Origin: a candidate division Kazan bacterium
GTDB taxonomy: Bacteria > Patescibacteriota > Kazan-3B-28
Direction of reading: 5' to 3'
Length of the DNA stretch: 64,000 bases
Assembly (NCBI GenBank): GCA_003647645.1
Contig: QMNG01000001.1
Location: 73,884 to 137,883, forward strand
Shown here: in pieces, positions 19,820-28,570 of the stretch
Layout of the letters: every line of letters begins with the position of its first letter
Numbering within the stretch: the first letter of the stretch is position 1
The notes under the pieces: model-generated
Database searches by the model: none
Told to the model about the DNA's origin: nothing
Seen by the model: only the letters and a program-made list of their open reading frames with translations
Position numbers and translations under genes: made by a program

Positions 19820-20038
19820 TTAAGACTCAGCAGGAGAAACAGAAGTTGGCTTGGAATAATATTTGATGCGAACCGCTCCGCAACAAGGACAGTAGAAAAT
19901 TCCACCCTCTTTCTCTTTTTCGCCGACCTTTTTCCATTCATGTTCGCACTTTTGCCGAATCATTTGACCTGCAGTCATGTTGCGAACAGAATCTGTCCCA
20001 TTCAAGGTGCCACTTTCCCCCGTATCCGAAGAATTCAT
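19820..20038 (-). CDS. Small putative zinc-binding protein
   Basis: CEHEW...YCPCCG (CxH...CxxC); GGAGGG SD upstream of ATG. Confidence 0.6.
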   Translation of the reverse strand: MNSSDTGESGTLNGTDSVRNMTAGQMIRQKCEHEWKKVGEKEKEGGIFYCPCCGAVRIKYYSKPTSVSPAES

Positions 20039-20243
20039 TAATCCCTCCCATCACAAGATGTTTCCATTGTACTGTAAAAACTACTCCTAGCCAAGATTTT
20101 AGAGCGTTTAATTTAACTAAAAAGCTGGCAAATACTCAGAAACAAAAGACATATTTTTTATATGTTCTAACCAAAACAGAACAGACAAGCTCCACGCCTG
20201 CCTGCCTGTGGCTGACAGTTTTCATTCTTCCTGTTTGAGTGGA

Positions 20244-20534
20244 CTATCTGCAGGCACAGGGCGCATTAGCATCACCAAGATCGACTTTACAGCTCGTCCC
20301 TTTGGGACAATTGTCGCCGCCTAAGCATCTTGGATGCATCCGCCCTGAGGTCCTGCAAGGACCCTCGCCACTCAGCGATGTGTCCATTTCCATTTCTGTT
20401 TCCGTCCTTGGTATCTCAAGGGATGCATTAGTCCCCTGATATTTCTGCACAAAAAGAAATATTAAGAGACCCGCGACTAATATGGCGACAATCCACATGC
20501 CTATCTGAGCACCTTTTTCCATTTTGGCTTTCAT
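20244..20534 (-). CDS. Single-TM protein with Cys-rich C-terminus
   Basis: KGAQ plus hydrophobic stretch, then six Cys in the last 40 aa. Confidence 0.6.
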   Translation of the reverse strand: MKAKMEKGAQIGMWIVAILVAGLLIFLFVQKYQGTNASLEIPRTETEMEMDTSLSGEGPCRTSGRMHPRCLGGDNCPKGTSCKVDLGDANAPCACR

Positions 20535-20618
20535 ATGTGCTCATTGTCTTACAGATCTAACTTAGTTGCAAGGAATCTGGATTTTCAACCAATGCTAATT
20601 CAGCCAGTTTTATCCGGG

Positions 20619-21131
20619 CTATTTTATTCTCCCACGGCGGGCGGCTTGGGCCTTTCTGATATTGCGAGCTTGTGCTCTTTTCTGAGCCAAGGTAGGTTTT
20701 TCCCTTTCCGGCACGTTTCTTCTTGGCTTAGCGGTAAACTTGTCCCCTATCATAAATTTAGTCGTCGAAGCCAATGTCTTGAGCACTTTTTTGGCTGCTG
20801 GGGTTTTGCCAACTAGTTTTCCGCCTACCTTGCGTGCGTCCGCTTTACTGATCAACCACTTGTGAGTCGCCCAGGAGCCACTCGACCGTCGGCCGGCGAC
20901 TCGCTGAATATGGCCCTTCTTCCCGACATCTTGAATACGAAAAGATCTAAACTCCGTCTTAGGCCGGACCGTTATATGATAGTATTGACCCTTGCCAGTT
21001 GAACCCGGTTTGGCTCTCCCACGACCCTGCGGTTGGGCCACAGCTCTCTTTCTTGAACCCATCTTTCGCCATTTGGCTTGGGCTTTTTTGATGTTTCTTT
21101 TGGCAGCTGCAATCTGTTTGCGTGTAGCCAT
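20619..21131 (-). CDS. Highly basic hypothetical protein (start at MATRKQ)
   Basis: GGAGGGGG SD before ATG at 21131; K/R-rich; RNI(K/R)KAQA repeated at both termini. Confidence 0.75.
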   Translation of the reverse strand: MATRKQIAAAKRNIKKAQAKWRKMGSRKRAVAQPQGRGRAKPGSTGKGQYYHITVRPKTEFRSFRIQDVGKKGHIQRVAGRRSSGSWATHKWLISKADARKVGGKLVGKTPAAKKVLKTLASTTKFMIGDKFTAKPRRNVPEREKPTLAQKRAQARNIRKAQAARRGRIK

Positions 21132-21376
21132 AATACCCCCTCCGGACCGGAAGCCCTTCTCACCGAGCCAGAGCATTTCCCAAGCCGGCGACTGAGCTGA
21201 AGGTCCGCAAAAAAATAATATCACTTGCATTATACACCGATAATTTATTGCCGTTTAAGTCGAAGCTGAAATTTTAAAAACATCTTCCGCTGGAAGGTTT
21301 GGATATATGAGGAGCTGGTTCTTGACCATTATTAAAAATCGACCAACAGCTCATCCCGCACCGTCTAGTGCTGAGA

Positions 21377-21435
21377 TGGCAAAACAAATGGGTTCAAGAC
21401 TTGCCCCAAAGAAGAGAAAATGAGCCTCTCTGAGT
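21377..21435. repeat. tRNA-Trp 3'-end-like junction motif, copy A
   Basis: TGGCAAAACAAATGGGTTCAAGACTTGCCCCAAAGAAG. Confidence 0.7.
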
Positions 21436-21491
21436 TCAACCGAGGAGGATAGGATTAAGTCCGAAACCTCAGAGAAAAAATAGATGGGTTA

Positions 21492-22307
21492 CTATGTTTT
21501 TCTACAGATAATCAAAATATGTTCACTCATCCCGACAACTACAGGATGTGTACAAATTTTATAATGTGTTTCCAGCCAAATTTTCCAGCGTTTTTTATTT
21601 TTCGCAAGTTTATTTATCTTTTTTTGAAAATGAGATCCTAGGCCTTCCAAACCAACCATTTCTAAAATTTTAACACTCTTTTTTGCAAAAGATTCTTTTA
21701 GTTCTTCAGGCAAGAAAAAATGGCAGGCGGTAAATCCGTATCCTCCGGTATAATCTCCTGTATCGCGAATTTTCCGAAAAAGCGGGTGTTCTATCTCTTG
21801 GGGAAAAAGTTTGAGCTGTGACACCAGCAGCGACCATCTGCTCATAACAGAAACAAAAATTGGTGCACCCTTTTTTGCTACACGAATCAATTCTGATATT
21901 GCCTTATTTCTTTCTTCTTTGTCCAATACATGCGAGAGCGGACCGCCCAAACAAATTACCCCATCAAATGTGCCATTGGCGAATTTAGACAGATCAGTAA
22001 TCGAACCATCTACAACGTCGTTAACTCTATTTTGTAAGTTCGCTTTTTTAATCTGTCTTTTCGCAAACTCAAGATTCGCTGACGTTAAATCTAACAAAAC
22101 AATATTGTAACCTTGCTTAGCAAGCTCAATGGTATATCTACCGGGGCCACCGCCAGCATCCAAAATTAAGCCCTTCTTGGGAAGATATTTTTTAAGAAAG
22201 TATAGAGTGGTATCAAACTCTAACTTATAATAGGCACTATTGATTAATCTTCTCCATTCTTTGCGAACATACCCCGTATAATATTTTTTTACCAATTGTT
22301 TACTCAT
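21492..22307 (-). CDS. Class I SAM-dependent methyltransferase
   Basis: ILDAGGGPGRY, FDGVICLGGPLSH, ELIRVAKKGA. Confidence 0.9.
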   Translation of the reverse strand: MSKQLVKKYYTGYVRKEWRRLINSAYYKLEFDTTLYFLKKYLPKKGLILDAGGGPGRYTIELAKQGYNIVLLDLTSANLEFAKRQIKKANLQNRVNDVVDGSITDLSKFANGTFDGVICLGGPLSHVLDKEERNKAISELIRVAKKGAPIFVSVMSRWSLLVSQLKLFPQEIEHPLFRKIRDTGDYTGGYGFTACHFFLPEELKESFAKKSVKILEMVGLEGLGSHFQKKINKLAKNKKRWKIWLETHYKICTHPVVVGMSEHILIICRKT

Positions 22308-22464
22308 AAATCTAGTATATCATCCTGATTTTTTTAACACCTCAAAATTTGAGGTGTTAAATTTTGGGTTCTGGTTGGCAAGAGGGAATGAAACAGTATT
22401 AAAAAAGCCCCATGTCCGTCAAATGACAGGCACAGGGCGGGGTACAATGCTTCCGCGGGATTGG

Positions 22465-23073
22465 CTATTGAGTGCTAGCAGGGACGGTAATCTCAGCAAC
22501 GGGGCAAGAAGCAAAATCAACCATGTAGCCGAATACCTCGGTCTCTGAAATACGCTTAAGTATTTCACCGCAAATCATTGTGTCAGGATCTCCAGAGGCT
22601 AACCACTCCTCGGCAATAGGGAGTAATTCCTTGCGCCCTTCATCAAAGCGGCGCACAAATGCCTCTAAAGTCAGTAACCACGGGTCTTCCTCTTGGGAAC
22701 GAGCGAGGGAGTAAAGATGGGGACTTACGAGGTAAGGATAGTCAGATTCTGTGGGCCATACGACGCCAAAGAGAAATCCCTCTGGCTTATGGAAGCTAAT
22801 ACCTCCCTTCTCACTATCGTAGCAAGGATTTAAGCCTAGAGTTACTCTCCATTCCTTGCGACATACCGAAGCTCTTTCCTCAATAAGATCCGACAACCTG
22901 GAGCTGTCTGGAAGGATGACTTTTATATACTGTACCTTTACATACAGCTCGCTGCCTCGGTACTCAGTAGTCCATCTTGCGTCCCGGCTGCTTGTCAAGT
23001 TAGCCCCAGAAACAACACTGGTTGCCATCAGCACCAGAAAAACAGTTAACAGAAGCTTCAAGATTCTTCGCAC
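22465..23073 (-). CDS. Secreted hypothetical protein
   Basis: GGAGGT SD then GTG; signal peptide ending VSG-A. Confidence 0.65.
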   Translation of the reverse strand: MRRILKLLLTVFLVLMATSVVSGANLTSSRDARWTTEYRGSELYVKVQYIKVILPDSSRLSDLIEERASVCRKEWRVTLGLNPCYDSEKGGISFHKPEGFLFGVVWPTESDYPYLVSPHLYSLARSQEEDPWLLTLEAFVRRFDEGRKELLPIAEEWLASGDPDTMICGEILKRISETEVFGYMVDFASCPVAEITVPASTQ

Positions 23074-23103
23074 CTTTTTCACCTCCTTAGAGTACTGCTC
23101 CCA

Positions 23104-23607
23104 TTAGAAACAGCCACGGGGTTCAGGATAGGAGGAAAGTAAAATAAGGCCTCCCTCCAACTTCACTTTTAGGTCACCGTAGGTTATTAATCCTAACAGA
23201 TAGTCTCTACCCGAGTCTGGAGTCGCGCCATAGACAGATAAATTGTAGGCAGATAGACCTTTAAATCCTGGGACCTCAAAGGGATAATAAATGATCCCAC
23301 CAGGCATAAAGTTGCCTATCTCCACTTGATGCATCCTCAAGAACACGCCTGGATTTCCCTTGGCATACGGGTTGTGCGGCCATTCGTATCCATCAAGATA
23401 ACCCTCCTCTACTAAGATCTGCAGATCAGGAGGATATTCGCCAGACGGGTTATACATCGCATAGCGCTCTATTGCGAGTTGCACTTTGTGAAGGTTCTCT
23501 ACTGCCATCCTGTCATTCTCTGTCCACTCGTACCCAGACTCTACCCAACTACCACTGATAAACAGAAGATCCATCAGTAGCAATAACACTAGACACACCC
23601 TTTTCAC
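23104..23607 (-). CDS. Pseudopilin/GspG-like domain protein
   Basis: NLHKVQLAIERYA...GEYP..L..LVEEGYL...PHNPY; GGAGGT SD before GTG at 23607; no GF(T/S)LIE prepilin site. Confidence 0.55.
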   Translation of the reverse strand: MKRVCLVLLLLMDLLFISGSWVESGYEWTENDRMAVENLHKVQLAIERYAMYNPSGEYPPDLQILVEEGYLDGYEWPHNPYAKGNPGVFLRMHQVEIGNFMPGGIIYYPFEVPGFKGLSAYNLSVYGATPDSGRDYLLGLITYGDLKVKLEGGLILLSSYPEPRGCF

Positions 23608-23764
23608 TCGAATCACCTCCTCAGTGTCTTGATGTAAAAGGGCAAACTTGGTTTCAGTATAACAGAAACAGTATCGCACCATATCATTCACGAGAGGATT
23701 TCTAGAAATTTTATAATCTAAAGCAAAAAGAGAAACACTACAGTCATTTTGATTTTATAACTAT

Positions 23765-23824
23765 TGGCAAAGCAACACGGTTTCGATGTTACCCCCAAGG
23801 AGTAAAATTAGGATCTTTTTGAGC
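23765..23824. repeat. tRNA-Trp 3'-end-like junction motif, copy B
   Basis: TGGCAAAGCAACACGGTTTCGATGTTACCCCCAAGGAG. Confidence 0.6.
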
Positions 23825-23991
23825 TATTTCTGCCTCTACGATTCGTTATAGAATTTTGTAAGAGAAAATAAGACATTATTCACTAGAGAACAACCCTAGA
23901 ATTCAAAAATTGAAAACAACATTATTTAAAATACCCGTGTAGTAATTGATATCACACGGATATTTTATCGAACTGGATAATACCAATTAAT

Positions 23992-24078
23992 TTACTTCTT
24001 AATAAACCAAAAATAGCAGCCAACTAACACTACCACAACGACTACTGCACCAATAATCCACATGTACATAGGATCCAT
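23992..24078 (-). CDS. 28-aa single-TM small protein (below ORF-track cutoff)
   Basis: MDPMYMWIIGAVVVVVVLVGCYFWFIKK; GGAGG SD 6 nt upstream. Confidence 0.65.
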   Translation of the reverse strand: MDPMYMWIIGAVVVVVVLVGCYFWFIKK

Positions 24079-24132
24079 TTGATTCCTCCATAGTGATTAA
24101 TAATATAACAAAAAATATATTAAACTATCCAA

Positions 24133-24696
24133 TTATTTCAATGTGGATACATTCAATAGCGTCATTGTAGCCTGCTTGGCCGCTTTTTGAGCATTAAACT
24201 TTTTGGAGCTAAGAGAACGTTCCAATAATAATCCGTCCATCATATTGATAAGCAACGGAATTGATATACAATTGCCAAGCTCACCAATAATTTCCCTAGC
24301 ATATGAACGAACCAGATCATACATCTGCTTGCGAAAACGAACAATATAGCCAGATAGCTGTGGCAGATTGTCCGATGACTGAGTTATTATCATTCTGATC
24401 AGGCCACCCTTGCCCAAATTAAAATTCAAATATCTTTCTATTAGCATCCGTAGTTTTTGAACGGGTGTTTTCTCGGCTTGTATCACTTGTAAATGCTGGC
24501 GGAAATCCTGATAGATTTTATCTAAGACATGTTTGTATATAACCAGCTTGCTGGGATAGTGATAATAAAGAGCTGCTTTGGTAATGTTAAGATCCTTAGC
24601 AATTTGACTCATGGACACGCCCGCGTAGGTATATTTGGCAAATAATTGGCTAGATGTTTCAATGATACGAGTTTTGGTATTTGAAAGCGTCGACAT
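24133..24696 (-). CDS. TetR/AcrR family regulator
   Basis: LFAKYTYAGVSMSQIAKDLNITKAALYYHYPSK HTH; start taken at MSTLS. Confidence 0.92.
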   Translation of the reverse strand: MSTLSNTKTRIIETSSQLFAKYTYAGVSMSQIAKDLNITKAALYYHYPSKLVIYKHVLDKIYQDFRQHLQVIQAEKTPVQKLRMLIERYLNFNLGKGGLIRMIITQSSDNLPQLSGYIVRFRKQMYDLVRSYAREIIGELGNCISIPLLINMMDGLLLERSLSSKKFNAQKAAKQATMTLLNVSTLK

Positions 24697-24713
24697 AACT
24701 AATAATACTTTAT

Positions 24714-24727
24714 TAACCGTTCGGTAA
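24714..24727. promoter_or_regulatory. Putative TetR operator
   Basis: TAACCG-TT-CGGTAA near-palindrome in the divergent tetR/hydrolase intergenic region. Confidence 0.5.
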
Positions 24728-24792
24728 GTTGCTATAATTGTACCATACAAGTATAAAATGCCAATTAGAGATTTCGCATCAAAAAGAATGGT

Positions 24793-25692
24793 ATGACCAA
24801 GAATAAAATCTCCAACTTCAGTTTTGGTATATTATCTGTAATATTGCTGACGATAGGATTGTTGACTTTTATATGGTATTCCCCGACAGAGATTAAAATA
24901 AACAATCCCGACGGGAAAACTGTTGATATACAAAACCGGTATGGACTCAATATTGCTGTTTCAATCGACACCGTAGATCGCTCCCGTGGATTAGCTTTCA
25001 TGGCTCATGGGTTCGGAGGCAATAAAGAAGATGACAATATTCTGTCTCTAGCAAAAATTTTTAACAATCACGGATATTCTACAATCCGTTTTGATGCTAC
25101 AAATTCTACTGGTCAGAGTGAGGGAGATTTGGCCTATGCTAATTCCATCACATATAGAGATGACCTATTTGATATAATCACATGGGCTAAAACTCAAGAA
25201 TGGTACCAAGAGCCGTTCTATCTTTGCGGTTACAGTCTTGGAGCAGTAGCTTCAATCGCTTATGCCGAGAATCACCCCACAGAAGTTAAGGGTCTAGTTG
25301 CAATTTCGCCGGTAGTGGCTGGTCAATTATATATCACCGATGTATACAAACGAGACATCGAGGACTGGGAACAGGTTTGGCTGCAACTCAACAAACTATA
25401 TTTATATTCTCAGAACCACGGTGACACCCATGCCACAAGGTGGCTGCCGTTAATACTAGATATAATGAGGTTTAATTTAATACAATCGGCTGACAAGTTA
25501 ACAATGCCAGTTTTGATAGTTGTAGGCCAAGAAGATTTATTGGCACCGCCAGAACACCAGCAAAAGTTATTACAAGCCATCAGCGGCGATGCGGAGTTAA
25601 TTATAATTGAACACGGAGATCATTTCTTTGAATCAGGCGAGCATTTGAAAGACCTTATAGAAAAAGTAGAAAACTGGCTAAAAATCCATTGA
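24793..25692 (+). CDS. Membrane-anchored alpha/beta hydrolase
   Basis: N-terminal TM, HGFGG, GYSLG nucleophile elbow, GQED, GDHFF. Confidence 0.9.
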   Translation: MTKNKISNFSFGILSVILLTIGLLTFIWYSPTEIKINNPDGKTVDIQNRYGLNIAVSIDTVDRSRGLAFMAHGFGGNKEDDNILSLAKIFNNHGYSTIRFDATNSTGQSEGDLAYANSITYRDDLFDIITWAKTQEWYQEPFYLCGYSLGAVASIAYAENHPTEVKGLVAISPVVAGQLYITDVYKRDIEDWEQVWLQLNKLYLYSQNHGDTHATRWLPLILDIMRFNLIQSADKLTMPVLIVVGQEDLLAPPEHQQKLLQAISGDAELIIIEHGDHFFESGEHLKDLIEKVENWLKIH

Positions 25693-25737
25693 TGCAAAAA
25701 CAGGTTCTTGTATTAACCAATAAAGGCACTTGCGACA

Positions 25738-26325
25738 ATGAAAACCAATAAAACAAAAAATGGATTAATTGTCTCTCCAACTCTTCAAACGATTATTCTA
25801 ACGGTCGTTTTTGGTATTGCCTTTGCCCTTGTAGAAGCAGCCATAGTAATTTACCTGCGGAAATTATTCGGTATTGACGGAAACTACGAGCTTCCCATCC
25901 CAACCAAGGAAGACATTATGGTGGCCTTGCCCCATTTTGTTGTTTTGAAATCTATCTGGGGAAAAACCATTATCCCCCAAGCAAACATTCTTTATATTGA
26001 GCTTATGAGAGAAGCGGCCACCATTATAATGTTGGCTACAGTTGGAATATTAGCAGCTAGACACTGGTGGCAACGTTTAGGAGTTTTTCTAATTGCCTTT
26101 GGCATCTGGGACATTTTTTATTATGTCTTCCTCTATTTATTTTTGGGTTGGCCTCCCACTCTCAAAACTTATGATGTTCTTTTCCTTATTCCTGGTCCTT
26201 GGATTGCTCCTGTTTGGCTTCCTATTTTAATCTCAATAGTAATGATTTGCCTAGGTTGTTATCTAGTGGCCACGCCAAATATAGCAACCAAAATTTCTGT
26301 TTTCAGATCAAGTCGATCAAAATAG
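25738..26325 (+). CDS. Hypothetical membrane protein
   Basis: Multi-TM; EAAIVIYLR, REAATIIML, WDIFYY, DVLFLIP.PW motifs. Confidence 0.75.
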   Translation: MKTNKTKNGLIVSPTLQTIILTVVFGIAFALVEAAIVIYLRKLFGIDGNYELPIPTKEDIMVALPHFVVLKSIWGKTIIPQANILYIELMREAATIIMLATVGILAARHWWQRLGVFLIAFGIWDIFYYVFLYLFLGWPPTLKTYDVLFLIPGPWIAPVWLPILISIVMICLGCYLVATPNIATKISVFRSSRSK

Positions 26326-26468
26326 CAAATAATATAAAACACCGCTCCTAGGCAAGGTTTCTCTTAGGTACTTTATCCCTGCCTGCCGGCAGGTAGATCC
26401 GCCAAGAGGAGGAAATTCATCAAAGATAAACGGCTCATCAACGGCTCATGAGCCGTTGGGCTTTTCTC

Positions 26469-26528
26469 TGGCAGGCCATAGTGGTTCAGCACTACTCCCA
26501 AAGGAGGGGAATTTAGACCTCTTTGAGC
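26469..26528. repeat. tRNA-Trp 3'-end-like junction motif, copy C
   Basis: TGGCAGGCCATAGTGGTTCAGCACTACTCCCAAAGGAG. Confidence 0.7.
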
Positions 26529-26651
26529 TTAGTTGAGGAGGACAAGTTTAGCTAGCCCGGTCGTAACTCGAAGAGCGAAGTCGGATCTAGAATCATAAGG
26601 AGAACCCGCCTACGCCAAGGCTTCGGAACGGGCAAGAATGAGACAAATTAC

Positions 26652-27449
26652 CTAAATAAGTCGCCGGATTTTCGGCAGAGCAGCTTTAGTATAGCGCTCG
26701 CCAACAGAGATGAGTTTCTTGGTATCCCAAGCCACCTCATCTATAAGCTTACCGCTTCGACTATGAATAGTAATTACAACATCGGCATCGCCTGCCTCGC
26801 GATCAGCTAGATTATATCTAAGTGCGTCTATTGAGGTCAGGGCAATAGACATAAAACCCGGCTTAGAAACACGACGATAATCAAAAAGATCGCCTTCTAT
26901 ATTGACGGCTATCACTATGTCGGCGCCCATATCTCTCGCCGCCTTCACGGGTACCGGCATAGACAGACCGCCATCGGCCAATATCTGGCCATGATAGGTC
27001 ACTGGTCTAAATACCAGCGGAACGGAGATACTGGCTCGGATAGCTTTGGTCAGATCGCCTTGATTAAAATAGACGGGCTTTCCCGTCATTAAGTCAGTAG
27101 CCACAATAGTTGTGGGGATCATAAGCTTTTCCATATTTACAGAACCCACTTGGCTCTGTATTATTTTTTCTATCTTAGACCCGCGTATCAATCCCTGTTT
27201 TACAGAGACGTCAATGAGTGAGAGCGCCTTTTTCCACCCCACTGAAAGGAGTGCTTTTTCTATCAGTGTAATGTCTTTATGAATAGCGTAAACTCCACCG
27301 ATCATCGCGCCAATACTAGAGCCGGCGATATAATCGACGGGGATACCAGCTTCTTCAAGCGCTTTAATCACACCTATATGAGCAAGACCACGGGAACCTC
27401 CGCTACCTAACGCCAAACCTATTTGGGGACGATTGGTGGATATATTCAT
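26652..27449 (-). CDS. Patatin-like phospholipase (RssA/NTE family)
   Basis: LALGSGGSRG, GSSIG, DGG motifs; start taken at MNIST. Confidence 0.92.
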   Translation of the reverse strand: MNISTNRPQIGLALGSGGSRGLAHIGVIKALEEAGIPVDYIAGSSIGAMIGGVYAIHKDITLIEKALLSVGWKKALSLIDVSVKQGLIRGSKIEKIIQSQVGSVNMEKLMIPTTIVATDLMTGKPVYFNQGDLTKAIRASISVPLVFRPVTYHGQILADGGLSMPVPVKAARDMGADIVIAVNIEGDLFDYRRVSKPGFMSIALTSIDALRYNLADREAGDADVVITIHSRSGKLIDEVAWDTKKLISVGERYTKAALPKIRRLI

Positions 27450-27470
27450 GGAAACGATTTGCACACTTAT

Positions 27471-27493
27471 TGGCAGGCCAACATGGTTGAGGA
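27471..27493. repeat. tRNA-Trp 3'-end-like junction motif, partial copy D
   Basis: TGGCAGGCCAACATGGTTGAGGA; same TGGCA-N3-CA-N4-GGTT spacing. Confidence 0.5.
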
Positions 27494-27596
27494 AAAGCGA
27501 GAGGTGCTGAATGCTATCAAGCACAAGCTGGTGATGGACGGCCCCACAAAGTGACACTGGCATGACTACTGCTTGGTCACCCCTGCCCAGGTATAC

Positions 27597-28166
27597 TTAC
27601 AACCCAACCGCGTTAGCTCCATACTCTGCTTGCGCTTGTGTGAATTTCTCGTATTTCAACTGTTCAATTAAACCGTCGCGGGAAAAAGATGAAAATTCCA
27701 TATAAGATTTGGCCGATTTAGCCGCTTGCTCATTCCAGTCAGCGCCAGAATGATCTACGCCATAAACCGCATCATCATGTGAAAACTTTTCGTACTCTAA
27801 TTGATCGACCAGTCCGTCACGAGAAAAACCTCCGAAAGCCAAATAGGATTTGGCTGTTTGAACCGCATTCTTCTGACTAACCGTTATGCTGGGTGTTGGT
27901 GTTGTGCTCGGCGCAGGTGCATTGTTTTGGCTGAAGGTTGATTCCGAAGTTGGCGCAGTAGCTGCTGGTTGGGATGTTTCGGGAACTCGAGTTGTCCCAT
28001 CTACATTCTCAACCACATTAGAACTCTCTTGCTCCGAGGAGCCGTCTTCTGGAACGTCTGGGAGATTGAGAATCCCGATGATCATCAGGACGATGACGGC
28101 TAGTACCCAAAACCACCATGTTTTATATATTGGTTTTTCCTTTTTGATAGGCACTATTTCACTCAT
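27597..28166 (-). CDS. Ltp-family surface protein (two Ltp repeats)
   Basis: YKTWWFW plus TM, S/T/P linker, then two repeats A..AKSY....FSRDGL..QL.YEKF...A.YG. Confidence 0.85.
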   Translation of the reverse strand: MSEIVPIKKEKPIYKTWWFWVLAVIVLMIIGILNLPDVPEDGSSEQESSNVVENVDGTTRVPETSQPAATAPTSESTFSQNNAPAPSTTPTPSITVSQKNAVQTAKSYLAFGGFSRDGLVDQLEYEKFSHDDAVYGVDHSGADWNEQAAKSAKSYMEFSSFSRDGLIEQLKYEKFTQAQAEYGANAVGL

Positions 28167-28454
28167 CTTCTTACCTATTAACTTTTATAACCAAAAGAGG
28201 GCAAACCTCACACTTAATCAACCCATAACTTCTACTCCGAAGAATAGTCATCACGGTAAGTAGAGCATCTGCCCACCTTTAACCGTGATGACGGAGTGAA
28301 AGAACTACAATTCGGAGTTTTCAATATGCGTAAAAAGCTATGAGTTGACGAAACCATCATAGCATAAAATCAACCCCTGCGAAGGGTTTATTGCTTACTG
28401 GGCTTGACTTCTTGGGGGTTTTAGGGGGATGGGTCTAATGACACCCGCCCTTGT

Positions 28455-28512
28455 TGGCAGGGCAGCTCGGTTCAGGACTGGCCCCAAAGGAGGAAAAATG
28501 AAGGATTTGAGT
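28455..28512. repeat. tRNA-Trp 3'-end-like junction motif, copy E (attR-like)
   Basis: TGGCAGGGCAGCTCGGTTCAGGACTGGCCCCAAAGGAG; 28419-28462 matches 31084-31127 at 37/44 without gaps. Confidence 0.8.
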
Positions 28513-28570
28513 AGGCCATCTGCCACTTGGGTTCATTATAGAACCTAAGGAGAAAATGAGACAGCAATTC

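Noticed and set aside
26652-27563. Extended N-termini of patatin (27563), and likewise secE (32660), rplM (33495), tetR (24750) and the basic protein (21230)
   Set aside because: The extensions run into repeats, operators or neighbouring genes; downstream starts match the family N-termini.
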